This document shows positions 26,005 to 38,869 of a DNA stretch of 64,000 nt, piece after piece. A program made the position numbers and the translations under genes. This stretch comes from Octopus bimaculoides (Eukaryota). The notes below the pieces were generated by a model. The model did no database searches. It saw only the letters and a program-made list of their open reading frames with translations, and was not told the origin of the DNA. The DNA is taken from positions 2,254,616 through 2,318,615 of the forward strand of contig NC_069002.1 of assembly GCF_001194135.2 (NCBI RefSeq). Reading direction: 5' to 3'. Each line of letters begins with the position of its first letter. Within the stretch, counting starts at the first letter, position 1.

Positions 26005-26165
26005 TGGCCGAAAGGCGCGGCATGCTGTCGCGGTGGGAGGTTGGATCCAACCTTGCCCCACCCCCACCCACCGCGCTACGTGTACCTCGGCAAAGTGCTG
26101 CCGAAATTCTGCACACAACTCCTTGGATGCGAATAGTACGTACCCGGCCTGGTCCGTCAAAGACC
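26005..26165 (+). other. GC/CpG-rich multi-hairpin island (candidate structured RNA or retroelement 5' end)
   Basis: gcc-GAAA-ggc (26007-26016); cgcggtggg/cccaccgcg 9-bp stem (26029-37 with 26067-75) enclosing the perfect 16-bp palindrome aggttggatccaacct (26038-53); cggca/tgccg stem (26088-92 with 26099-103). Confidence 0.45.
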
Positions 26166-26544
26166 GATTTCTAGCCTTGTTGCCTTCCAGGCGCAAAGAA
26201 GACGGAGTAAGAGCAATATGAGAATGATGGTTTTCAAATGTTGCTGCAAACATAGGGAAGTTTTAAATGAAGGGTAAGCCGTAACACAGGCCTCGGCAAT
26301 TGACTGGGACTTTATTGTACTGGTCCTCAAACGATGAAAGATAGCTGATTGGGATTAGAGCTGGAAACGTAAAGAGCCGGAAGTAGGCAAGGAGAGAGAA
26401 AAGATAGAAATGCTTTATCTTTAGTAATGTGTAGGGGTTAAATAGAATATATTACCGATTGAAAACCAAAATGGCACTGAAAGAATAAAATGGGAAGGAA
26501 AAGAAGCAGTAAAATGAAGAAAACGAAGAAGGATAACGAGGAGT

Positions 26545-26950
<406 letters not shown>

Positions 26951-27424
26951 AAACGACAGCAAATGTAACAGCAATTTGAAAATGAACAGCAGAAGTAACA
27001 AGACTCCCATTGCTTTCATTTTTGACTAAAATATTTGGCATATTTTAGAATTAGAATACATGGCTTTGATGCGTTTCACTTAGATTGTCAGTTTAAGAAA
27101 ATATTTTTCCCAAGATATTGAAATAAAATAATAGAAATACAATGAGAAAAATCAATGCAGTTTGACATCGATCATACTCATCATAAGTTAAACTGTCACG
27201 GAATGGGCCACACCACGCTCCGCTTGTGATTGCCATGTCGGTAGCTATAATGGTTTTCTTGGACGTCTTTTGAAAACGTCTACTGTCGCTAGCCCCTAGT
27301 TCAGCTTTCCTCCTTGACGTGGTCAAGGGTAGGCTGGCATTCTCATTTGAATTTCAGCAACCAATAAAAACTGCGCCGATTTTGAGATGAATATTGAGAC
27401 AAAAAGATATAAATTAGACTTTGA

Positions 27425-27655
27425 CGCTGGGTTCACATTCCGCCGAGGTTGACTTTGCCTTCCATCCATTCAGTGTCGATAAACTAAGTACCAGTTGAAA
27501 TCTGGGGTCGATGTAATCGACTTATCCACTCCACTGAAATTTCTGGCCTTGAAAAACAAATAACGAGGTTAATTCATTCGAATGAAACTTCTTTAAGGTA
27601 GTACCCCAGCATGGCCGCAGTCTAATGACTGAAACAAGTAACAAATAAATAATAA
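27425..27655 (+). mobile_element. SINE family A body joined to a family B 3' end
   Basis: gggttcacattccgccgaggttgactttgccttccatcc...ggggtcgatgtaatcgactta...aaatttctggccttg, then ccccagcatggccgcagtctaatgactgaaacaagtaa. Confidence 0.85.
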
Positions 27656-29042
27656 AAGATAAATAGGTCTTCTCAACCATGGCTGCCCTAACGCTGAACA
27701 ACGACACCAACAAAAATAATGTTAAGATTATGAACAACGTTAATTAATCAATTTGTATTTCTTTTCCCTATCTTCTTTTCTGTTACAGTTATTGCGCTCT
27801 AAGTAATTAGCGCATTCCCTTGTAATTAGAACGCCATCACCGTTACAGAAAACACACGCTCGAAACAAAGCCAACAAAGATGAGAAAACATGTTCAAACG
27901 ACCTCCTGCAAATAACAGTAAATGCTTCTTTAAATTACACCCTAGAATTTTTTTTATTGAAGGACACATTAAGTAATAATCTCTTGAGCGTACAAGAAAT
28001 ACGCGATAATTAAAGCTAGAAAGCAATACTCAGTACACCTTCTCGGTTAGAGTCAAAATGATTGGTTTTAGGTTGCAACAGCAGCAGTTACAACGGCTAC
28101 ACCGATAGGAACAAACATGCTTATCACAGCATGGAGAAAATGAACAACACCAGTCAATATAACAACAATTTATGCCAAAAATCTATGCCTATGTTTTCTA
28201 CAGTAACTTATGACTTCGAACGTTGATATTAGCTGGAATTTCATTATTCTCTATCACTACTCCGTCCCAAATGGCCTTAAACATCGAAAGTGTCCCACTT
28301 ACGACCGCATATAATTTGTCAAGCATCAAAACCTCGCATAGGCAAAGTAGCAGCCATATCTTGCTCTTACTCCACTCAAACAACTTATAGACAGAAAGAT
28401 GGTCCTGGCTGGAACGTCTTTCATGAAAGTTCTCTGAATGTGGGCTGCCAAAAGTTAAACAGAAACAAAAACAGCCATCGTAACGAAATTAAACGAAAGG
28501 CATCATGTGACCACTTAACCCTTTACTTTGCTCTCGAGATAAAATAATATCTGTAGCCGCAAAGGCGACTTCATTATGCTATCGACCATTTACTTATTGC
28601 AGATGACCCAGGGTTAAACGAAATTAACGCCTCCTTAACAACAATAACATCAACAATAATGGCAATAGCATTAGCATAAATAAATGAATAGATTCTGAAA
28701 TGTTTTCTCCTTTATTTACGCGATAATGAAACTAAACACGAGATGAAGAATAAATTACAGAAAGAGAGACAAAGAGAATAAAAAAATAGTATTTCCCATC
28801 ATATGTATTAAATTTCTATCAAAAAATAACACGCAATAAATACGAACAATAGAACGAAGAGCCTGTCATCCCAACGGGACTGTGCAAGATGTTTGTTAGA
28901 CCTGCTAGAAATAAGAGTTATACCTTCCTTTATTCAATCCATCTTTTCTTGAAATAAAGAATGGTACTTTAGTTATGGTGATCGATGATATACAGAAAAA
29001 TGTTCATGACAGACACATCTACGGCCACAGGTCTTCTTTGTT

Positions 29043-29295
29043 CAAGGTACTCGAGGTGGTTGTCCTAACAATATATATAGAGATCAACTCCGTAGAGACA
29101 GTGGATATCTATCTGAAGACCGCACTGAACTAATGCAGGATCGAGGTGGATGGCGAAAATTTTCAGAGCAGGCTCGACCAGATGTTATGAATGAAAATGA
29201 TGATGAAGACAATGATGACGATGATGATGATGATGATGATGATGATGTTGACGACGACGACGACGACGACGATGATGATGATGATGATGATAATG
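29043..29295 (+). mobile_element. 3' end of an RTE/RTE-X-like LINE running into a (GAT/GAC)n tail
   Basis: Open frame QGTRGGCPNNIYRDQLRRDSGYLSEDRTELMQDRGGWRKF resembles G.R..GRP...Y.DQL.RD.G....L...MQDR..WR. (GAT)n follows directly. Confidence 0.65.
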
Positions 29296-30364
29296 ATATG
29301 TTTCTTCACTGTGACATCATCATTATATCATGAGAGACGTTACTGCAAATACATGGCTGGAATAATTTTGTCAATACAATATCGCTGTCATTACAATAGC
29401 ATGGTTGTTACAATAACACCGACACAGAAGAAATGAAACTATCCTTTCAGCAAAACAATCATTAAATTATTGTTGTATCACAGGAGGATCATTACACCGC
29501 TTCAGTTACATTTCTTTATTATTATTCGTCGATTGGTTAGTTATTTAACCAATTAAGCAATCGATTGCTTGATTAATCATTCGGTTAAACATAATCTGTT
29601 TCAACACATAAGTTCACACCAAGAATGTCACAAACCGAATTCTAAACAGTTTCGTTAAATTACACCATGATTAGAACAACATTGACATCACAGTAATGAT
29701 GTCGCTGTATTGATAGTTCTCCTGCAACGGCAGCGCCATTGTAGCAACACAATCATTGCTACAAGTCTTATCGTTACAAAATTGCTATTATTATAATAAT
29801 ACTGCTTGGCATTACAATAATACCTACATTATAATAAACTTGACATTATAATAATGCTAACATGACAGCAACACAATTATTACTATAACATTGGCTAGCA
29901 TTACGAGAATTCTGTGCTTACATTATGACGTTACAGTAGATTTATCATTACAAATAGCTTTACTACAATAAGGCTGATGTTAGAACGGCAGTCATTACAA
30001 TGACAATAACTGTCCTTACAATAATCCTATCATTGCAATGAGTCTGACACTGCAATATCGCTATAATATCATTAATTTTATCATTTCAATAACACTGACG
30101 TTAAAGTTATAAGGGCATTTGAGCAAAGCCGTGATTACAATTATAAAAATTCTAACATTACACTAACCAATAATACTGGTATTTTAATATCACAATCATT
30201 ACAATGACGATGAATGCTATTATAATAAACTATTGTTACATTAACATTACCAGTGCAATACGATTGTCAAAACGGTAATGTGCTGATAGTAACTGTTTGA
30301 CATTACAATAACACTGTTTTAAGGATGAATGCAGCAGTTTTGAACAGACAATGTTAGCCGAATC

Positions 30365-30450
30365 CATCGTCTCCAGTACTTGTCTAGAACTTTATTTTAT
30401 CGAAGGTGGAAGGATGAAAGGTAAACTGACCACTGTAGGATTTTAAATAT
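30365..30450 (-). mobile_element. SINE family A fragment
   Basis: ctagaactttattttatcgaaggtggaaggatgaaaggtaaactgacc. Confidence 0.65.
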
Positions 30451-31084
30451 TTAAATACGCCATTGAATACCCCTTTAAATACCCCTTTGAATTTCTAAAC
30501 CTTCAGCTTTTTTCCACGTATGATGTGCGAAATTCGACCCTCGTGTCTGTTCTTTATTTACTAGCAGAAAGATTATTCTATACATAAGAAATTAAAATGT
30601 TTCTCCGTTATTGTACATTTTGATATTACAACTTAGAGGATAAAATAATTATGGATTTCTGAGCATCATTATCGATGAAGGATTGCAATTACTCTAATAT
30701 AATTAGTGTAATACAAAATATATTACACCATAATTTTTTTCAATATATGCTATACGATATATATTTACCAGCGTAATTCTCTATAATTACAATATTTCTG
30801 AATGAAGTATTTTAATGAGCATTTGTGTTCAAAATGTTTAAGATTTACGATGTAATTGTAATTTAAAGCAATATAAATTTTCAACTTGAGTTTTATATGC
30901 ATAAATAAAACTTACCAGTTCATTTATATTCACTGTATTTATAATTATCCTCTTGATATTTATGGCCTTAAAATGCATTAACATAATTAGGAATAAAATA
31001 TACTGCTATGAAGACCATGACTTCGACGAAGGGAGACAATTATTTATGAAGGAAAGCATTTAAAACAAAATATCCATAACCCTT

Positions 31085-31195
31085 TCTATTATAGAAATTT
31101 GGGAGAGGAATTATGATTATAGAATCATCTATCGACCCCCGAAAGGATGAAAGCAAAAATCGAACTCGGCTGGGGCACCGCTTTGAAGAATGCTT
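31085..31195 (-). mobile_element. SINE fragment
   Basis: tatcgacccccgaaaggatgaaagcaaaaatcgaactcggc is a near-exact reverse complement of the core. Confidence 0.75.
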
Positions 31196-31619
31196 ATATA
31201 TATATATATATATATATATGATAGTAAGATAGTTTGCTTGTCAGTCGAACGGTACTGCCCTGGCAACAACAATATTAAAGACATCACCTTCATAATATAA
31301 CAGCAGTCGTGTCGCTAATACCCTCTTTAACAGCAGGTTGAAAAAATATACGAAGTGAAACATACCCCGCCCATATACACCTCCGCTAAAAAATATAAAA
31401 CATATCAAAATAGGATAACAGTAATTTGGTTCCAGTCACTAGTTTAATCATGATTTCGTCCACCCATTTACCATTCTTTGTATATGTTTTCCTGTATCCC
31501 TCTCTCTGTATCGTTCTCTCCTTTTCTGTCTTTATGTCTGTCTATTTCTACTTCAGTCTCAATCGCTTTGTCTGGAAGTGATGTGGGGTTCGAAGGAGCA
31601 AGTAGTGAGACGAGTGTTA

Positions 31620-32345
31620 AGTCGTAGAATAATTCAGAGGAAAAAGAATATACAATATGCGGGAGAGAAAGGAACAGGATAAGTTATAGAGAATGAGAAA
31701 GGGAGAGAAATTAGTGAAAAGTAAGAGAGTCTGAGAGTGAGTGTGGAAGGGAGGGAGAAAAATGAATGTATGAAATAGAGAGCATGATAGAGAGAGAGAG
31801 AGGGAAGGAGAAGGTAAATAAAAAGAGAGAGTTCGGAGAGAAAGACAGAGATAGTGAGTAAAAATAAAGTACTGCAACAAGCGGAGGGGAAGCAGACAAA
31901 GAGAGAAGAACAATAGAGAAGAGTATCATAGGGAGAGTAAGAAGAATGGGTGGAGGGAGAGAGAAATAGAGTGAATGAATGAGAGAAGGAGAGAGATGAA
32001 AACTAAAGAGAAAGAGAGAATTATATGGAGAAAAAATAATGAAACAACGTGGGAGTGAAGAAATGAATGAGAGAAAGAGTGTTGAGAGAGATAGGGAAGA
32101 GAGAGAGATAGAAAAGAGAGAGATAGGGAAGAGAGAGAGAGATAGAAAAGAGAGAGATAGGGAAGAGAGAGAGGGAAGAGAAGGAAAGATCGAGGGAGGG
32201 GGAGTGAAAATAAGCAGAGAAGCAGGCAGGAGAGGGAATAGAGAGATCGGTAGCGTGTGAGATAAAAAGAGAGCGAGGAAGGTGAGGGGGGAATTACAAG
32301 AGAAAGAGAGAGAAAGGGGGGTCGGTGGGAGATGGAATAATAGGT
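31620..32345 (+). repeat. Long polypurine (GA-rich) low-complexity tract
   Basis: Direct observation. Includes repeated gagagatagggaagagagag units at 32085-32170. Confidence 0.9.
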
Positions 32346-32685
32346 GTGTAGAGGTGCATGAGGTGACATTACGAAAATAACAAAAACAAGAAAAAATTAC
32401 TAATAAATGTGAATCTAAAGAAAAAAGAAAACAAAAACTGAGGTTTTAATGAAATATATTTAATGGTTTGGAACTGGCTTGTAAACAGAAAGTTAATGTT
32501 AAAACTAGGTTAAGTTTAACGGTGGCAGACATGTTTGAAAAATAATGTATTGAAGTCTAACAGTGGTGGTGATAACGTTTTCTGATACTCTTTAAGATGG
32601 ATAGATACACTGATAAGGTGGTGTATAGCTCGATATACATGTATGCATATATACATACATAGATATGTGTGTGTATGTGTGTACG

Positions 32686-32743
<58 letters not shown>

Positions 32744-33618
32744 NNNNNNNNNNNNNNNNNNNNNNNNNNNNNNNNNNNNNNNNNNNNNNNNNNNNNNNNN
32801 NNNNNNNNNNNNNNNNNNNNNNNNNNNNNNNNNNNNNNNNNNNNNNNNNNNNNNNNNNNNNNNNNNNNNNNNNNNNNNNNNNNNNNNNNNNNNNNNNNNN
32901 NNNNNNNNNNNNNNNNNNNNNNNNNNNNNNNNNNNNNNNNNNNNNNNNNNNNNNNNNNNNNNNNNNNNNNNNNNNNNNNNNNNNNNNNNNNNNNNNNNNN
33001 NNNNNNNNNNNNNNNNNNNNNNNNNNNNNNNNNNNNNNNNNNNNNNNNNNNNNNNNNNNNNNNNNNNNNNNNNNNNNNNNNNNNNNNNNNNNNNNNNNNN
33101 NNNNNNNNNNNNNNNNNNNNNNNNNNNNNNNNNNNNNNNNNNNNNNNNNNNNNNNNNNNNNNNNNNNNNNNNNNNNNNNNNNNNNNNNNNNNNNNNNNNN
33201 NNNNNNNNNNNNNNNNNNNNNNNNNNNNNNNNNNNNNNNNNNNNNNNNNNNNNNNNNNNNNNNNNNNNNNNNNNNNNNNNNNNNNNNNNNNNNNNNNNNN
33301 NNNNNNNNNNNNNNNNNNNNNNNNNNNNNNNNNNNNNNNNNNNNNNNNNNNNNNNNNNNNNNNNNNNNNNNNNNNNNNNNNNNNNNNNNNNNNNNNNNNN
33401 NNNNNNNNNNNNNNNNNNNNNNNNNNNNNNNNNNNNNNNNNNNNNNNNNNNNNNNNNNNNNNNNNNNNNNNNNNNNNNNNNNNNNNNNNNNNNNNNNNNN
33501 NNNNNNNNNNNNNNNNNNNNNNNNNNNNNNNNNNNNNNNNNNNNNNNNNNNNNNNNNNNNNNNNNNNNNNNNNNNNNNNNNNNNNNNNNNNNNNNNNNNN
33601 NNNNNNNNNNNNNNNNNN
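32744..33618. other. Assembly gap (largest of ten N-runs)
   Basis: Other gaps: 18383-18392, 37665-37886, 41302-41866, 48195-48987, 53706-53788, 54539-54579, 55937-56355, 58686-58695, 62217-62430. Confidence 1.
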
Positions 33619-35009
33619 TGTATATATATATATATTTATATATATACTATATACATGTATATATATGTGTGTGTGCGCGTGTGTATGTATCTGTATATAT
33701 ATATATATGTGCGTGTATATGTATGTATATTATGTATGCGTACATCCATTGTCCTCAGATCTGCTTCATGATCCTTTTCACTAAGTCATTCTGCTCTATA
33801 CCGACGATATCTCTTGACATCACATTTGGAAACCTCGATATGCTTTCGTATCGTTTCAAAACTTGACGGGTAGCCGAGTGCTTCTATTCTTATAGGTTTT
33901 TATAGTAGGTGCTAGTACTTGCAGTTGTCTTTGCGGCGGTGGTAGTAGAGATACCACTGCTTGCGATGCTGTTGTTATAAACGTTTCTGATTTAAGAAAT
34001 AGCATAAACAGTTTCTTTTCTCATGGCACAAAGAAAGTGTAACTCTTATGAAAATGTATGAATACTAAATCTTCGAGGTTAACAAATGTTGCATTCAAAG
34101 AATGTGCTACGAACTCACATACATCTTTAAACTGCCATTTTCTACGCAATGAACGTGACTTTGTGAATATATATATATAGATATGTTGAAAGATAACATG
34201 CCAACTCATTTTCAAAGATGAGTTGGATCTGTTTCCATACTTTGAACCATCAAAGCAGTAGTATTACATGAACAAATGATAAGACAAAACACTTACAGAT
34301 GCACTCGCCGCACACATTTGTATACAAATAGAGCTATAGAGATAGATATATCTATTATTCGCCATAATACTCATTTAACCCCAAGATACGCTTTCAGAAA
34401 CGCACTAAGACACACAACCAATCGTTATTTGTTAGGAATAATTCACTCCAACATGTTATATGTGTACTACTTACAAACGCATAATGACATACAGACGTAG
34501 CGTGGTACTAACACGAACACAAATGCATAAACATACAAAGGTACACATATATAAACATAACTTATTGGCCATTATGTATACATATCTTTAGCACACCCTT
34601 TCAGAAATAACAGACCGCACATAATTATTCATTAATTCATTATTGGCAATGAATGCTTCAAACCAATAGCTTAACTACTGAGGAAACTTCACGGCTTTTG
34701 CGTTTCATAAGTGAATGGATGAATGTCTTATGTTGTATGCCACAGTTTTGCACAGCGGTAAATGGAATTTTGCACAGAATCACGTCTTTTCAAGATGGAG
34801 GATAATAGGTTATGAAACTTATTTTGTAACTTATTCATTGTAGTTCTTGATAGAGAAGCTAGAACTATTCTATATAACATTCACAAGCACTGTGATAGAT
34901 GTCGGTAAAAGTTTCTCAGATAAATATTTGTTTTAGGTTCGTTATGTAAAATAGTGCAGCATTTTACATAAGCGTGTACTTTCACTTCAAAATACTAGTT
35001 TCATACAAC

Positions 35010-35275
35010 GAGCCATTTCCATCCATTTTCGCCACCGATCATTTCTCAATGATTGTTGACGGTTGAGCCCTCAGGAAACTATGATTGGGGTGACTGCGGT
35101 CCAGGTACCTCCGCCGTTTGAGTCTTCTTGGATGCAACCGTCATTACACTTCTCTTCAGATTTACGAACCAACCCCTTTTTGGTCTACAAATCTATGTCT
35201 TCTACCAGGTCCTCGGCTTCAAGGATCTCTCTTGAGATTTTTCGTGCTTCATTCTAGCCACATGTCACTCATACA
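35010..35275 (-). mobile_element. LINE (RTE-like) RT C-terminal fragment
   Basis: Minus strand reads HVARMKHEK....PRTW*...RPKRGW (like GHVARM...P.....P...R..GRP..RW) and later NDRWRKWME (like DR..WR...E). Confidence 0.55.
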
Positions 35276-35397
35276 AGATCGACTGCGCAACGAACACATC
35301 AACTCAACCACATATTTGCAAACACCGGAAATTCTCTTAAGAAAAACTTAAATAAAATTCAAAGAAGAGCATGCATACATACAAACTTGCGTACGTA

Positions 35398-35465
<68 letters not shown>

Positions 35466-36261
35466 AACACACACACACAAACACACACACACACACACAC
35501 ATATGTGTATATATATATATTGATTTAATATTACGCGTGGATAGCGTGCTGAATGACATTTTTTTAAAGGTAAGTCAAAAAAGAACGTAACCAACTGGAG
35601 ATTCGACATTTAGAGGTTAATAAAATAAAGATCAGCGTTTAGTTTGGTTTTATCGTAAAAGATCGTCGAAGGTGGCGCGCCATCATGGTAACAACATACT
35701 GATTCAGACCGAGAAAAAAAAAAGAAGAGCTACGTATATTTCTATGAGACATAAAGAATAATACGTTAACATTGTGAAATAACTAGTGAGTTGAAATGCA
35801 ATAACCAGGCGCGTTTATGGTACTATATAACATTAGAAATGTATATAAACAATAAAAAATAATTTTACTCTATTAAATTGAAAGCCATGCATTGAAAGTG
35901 TAAACAAATACAAATATATTTTGTTATTCTCGCCAGACATGAAATTCAGATAGAATTTATCTCTGGCTGCATTATGTAGGAATGATATGTTGCGATTATC
36001 AGGTTTGCATAAAAAAAATAGCTGACTACTTTATGCTATGTATGTTTTTCGTGAGGAAGAGTTTGATATTTCTAGCAGTTTGAATGTCCGCTAAATACAT
36101 GATTCCTTGTTTGTAAATTGTTGCATTATGTAATGTTGTTTGCGTGTTTGCTTTCTGTTCTGGCTTACGACATATGCAATACAGTTCTTTTCAAACAATG
36201 CCATATCTATTTATTAATATGTATATATAACCAGGATTGGCTGTGTGATAAGAATTTGGAT

Positions 36262-36598
36262 GAAGATGAGGAGGAGGAGAGGGGAGGAGAGGAGGAAGAT
36301 TAGGAGGAGGTAGAGAAAGAGGAAGACGAGGAGCAGAAGGTAGAAGAGGAAGAAGAAACGTGGAAGTATGAAGGAAAATAAGAAGAAGAAAAAGAAGAAA
36401 ACGTTGAAGTCGAAGAAGATGATGATGGTGATGATGATAATGATGATAATAGTGATGATGGTAGGTATTTTGAAGATGGTGGTTGTGATTATGATGATTA
36501 TGATGATGATGATGGTGTTGATGATGTTGGTGATGACTGTGTTGACGACGACGACGACAATGTTGATGATGATGATGATGGAGATGACGATGATGATT
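36262..36598 (+). repeat. Compound (GAG/GAA)n to (GAT)n trinucleotide tract
   Basis: Direct observation. Confidence 0.9.
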
Positions 36599-37626
36599 TA
36601 AGATACCTGCAGAAGCTCGTCCTTTGTCCTCTGTTATTGCTTCACGTAATGGCGTCCGCGTCTCACCATGGAAAAGTAATTAAATTAGGATTTCATGCCA
36701 GTCTCTTAATCTGTTAGAGGTTTGTATTATTCTTTGTGCCACTCTGTTTACAAATCAACTAAATCCGATTACGATCGAAGTCTGAGGGTCAATGCGTTTT
36801 CTATAAACACCAAGAACACGTCAAATGCAAATAATACATTTAAAAAGAAATAGATTAAAAATGTAATAAAAACAAATATAGATTAGTTGTATTTGGCGAT
36901 AATTGAAAGTTGTATAAAATTGCGTCTGGCGTTCATTAAACATGTGTTATTTACAACGAAGCAGGTTTTGTTACGGTTTAACTAAGCTTGCCTCTTTTCT
37001 CTACCGTAACTACGAAGAGCGCTATAATGAAATTCCTGTGGTTTAGTACATATTATACATTAGTTCATTTTGTATGACCTTTTTAGTGATTCTGGAGCCG
37101 AATTGTCTCGCATATTTGCGGAATTGTCTGAAAGAATATTAGTTGTTGAGCTGTATCTTCTACACAATACAACCTGTATTTCAATACTCTAAGACTTGCT
37201 GAACTATTGCATTTCATGCAGATGACGTCCCTGATAAATTAACTCTGGGGATTTGATCAATTGAATGTTCGAACAAAATAAAAGAAAACTATTATAGTGA
37301 TGGCCAGATATAATTACGTACCATGTTCCCCGTTTTTTGTCTTTGTTACCCTATACATTCTCTAGCTTTCTTACAAAAATTACTAAAACAAAGTCTAATG
37401 CTGTTAGCTAAGACTTTTGGTAGGGCAACCAGAACGAACTGTCTCAACTGTAACTGCCCGAAACAGTAAGGACTTCTGGTTACTTGACTGAGGAAAGAAG
37501 GCCAAGAATGATCCGTCTTTTTTGCCTCTCCTAATTGTTGTTTCTCCTGTCCGCCTTTGTAACATCTATCTGACCGAATGTCTTATTGACTTCTATTGTG
37601 TTTTTGTTCCATTTTTTATACTTTAG

Positions 37627-37664
<38 letters not shown>

Positions 37665-37886
37665 NNNNNNNNNNNNNNNNNNNNNNNNNNNNNNNNNNNN
37701 NNNNNNNNNNNNNNNNNNNNNNNNNNNNNNNNNNNNNNNNNNNNNNNNNNNNNNNNNNNNNNNNNNNNNNNNNNNNNNNNNNNNNNNNNNNNNNNNNNNN
37801 NNNNNNNNNNNNNNNNNNNNNNNNNNNNNNNNNNNNNNNNNNNNNNNNNNNNNNNNNNNNNNNNNNNNNNNNNNNNNNNNNNNNNN

Positions 37887-37956
<70 letters not shown>

Positions 37957-38643
37957 GAGAGAGGGATTCTCAGCACTACATATTTAGGCATTCATTGTAC
38001 ATATGTTCATATATCTATCTTTTTCCAATTTTGCATTTTACTTGGATGTGAAATCTTTAAAAACAAGCTTAATGAATAAAATGTCGTCTAACGACAATGT
38101 TGTGCGGTTTTATAGTAACAATTGTCTTAATAAGGGCACAAAAATAAAACCATATCCTTGCCGAAAACCACTGGTACCTCGAAAAACGTATATCTATTTA
38201 TATTTTAATAGTATATTCTAATTTTTTCTTAATAAATCTCATTACTGTCTTCTCAACATTTTACTTTCATATTGGATTCACGTATTGGTTGTCACTCAAC
38301 CATTAGTAGTAAAACTATATGATAGACAGGAAATTATTTATCGAAATAGCTACAACTGTATTTTAATGCGTCAAATAATAAATATAGAGAAAGCGTATTC
38401 ATTCAAATATTTTCTAGGCAATATCAGCATTCGCAAATCTTAATCTTTCCTATTTTTGCTCTATGACGTTCCTCTAACGAGACTAAATACGGCTATATAG
38501 TATTTTTGTCTTTATCTCGAAGTTTCTAATTTCAACAGAGGAAATTAAAAGGAAAAAAAAAGTATCCTCTACAAAATATCCCGAATTGTCTCTTAGTTTC
38601 ATTCTACGATTCTCTTTTCTTTCTTTCTTTCCTTCTTTTATTA

Positions 38644-38674
<31 letters not shown>

Positions 38675-38837
38675 TTTCTTTTTCATTTTGTTTTCGTCAC
38701 CAATATTTGTTCACTCTGAATCTTCAAAATTTTATACATTGATACATACATACTTGTGTTATTTCAGCAATTAATGTGTCTACTGTCTATGCGTGCGTGT
38801 CTGTTTGAGTATCTGCGTATGTGTGTGGGCATGTGTA

Positions 38838-38869
<32 letters not shown>

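Noticed and set aside
27180-27345. Possible LINE 3' fragment on the minus strand (GKLN*GLATVDVFKR); similar weak signal at 28230-28440(+)
   Set aside because: The similarity is too short and broken to support by eye.
27790-27830. Clusters of TAATTA homeodomain-like sites (also ~36680, ~39810-39930, ~63610)
   Set aside because: TAAT motifs are ubiquitous at this AT content. An enhancer cannot be supported without conservation data.
30917-30967. 51-nt open minus-strand segment ending at a GTAAGT donor (AINIKRIIINTVNINEL)
   Set aside because: Extremely AT-rich, low-complexity peptide with a weak acceptor; likely chance.
37200-37250. HADDV resembling an RT YADD motif
   Set aside because: No flanking RT motifs in any frame.
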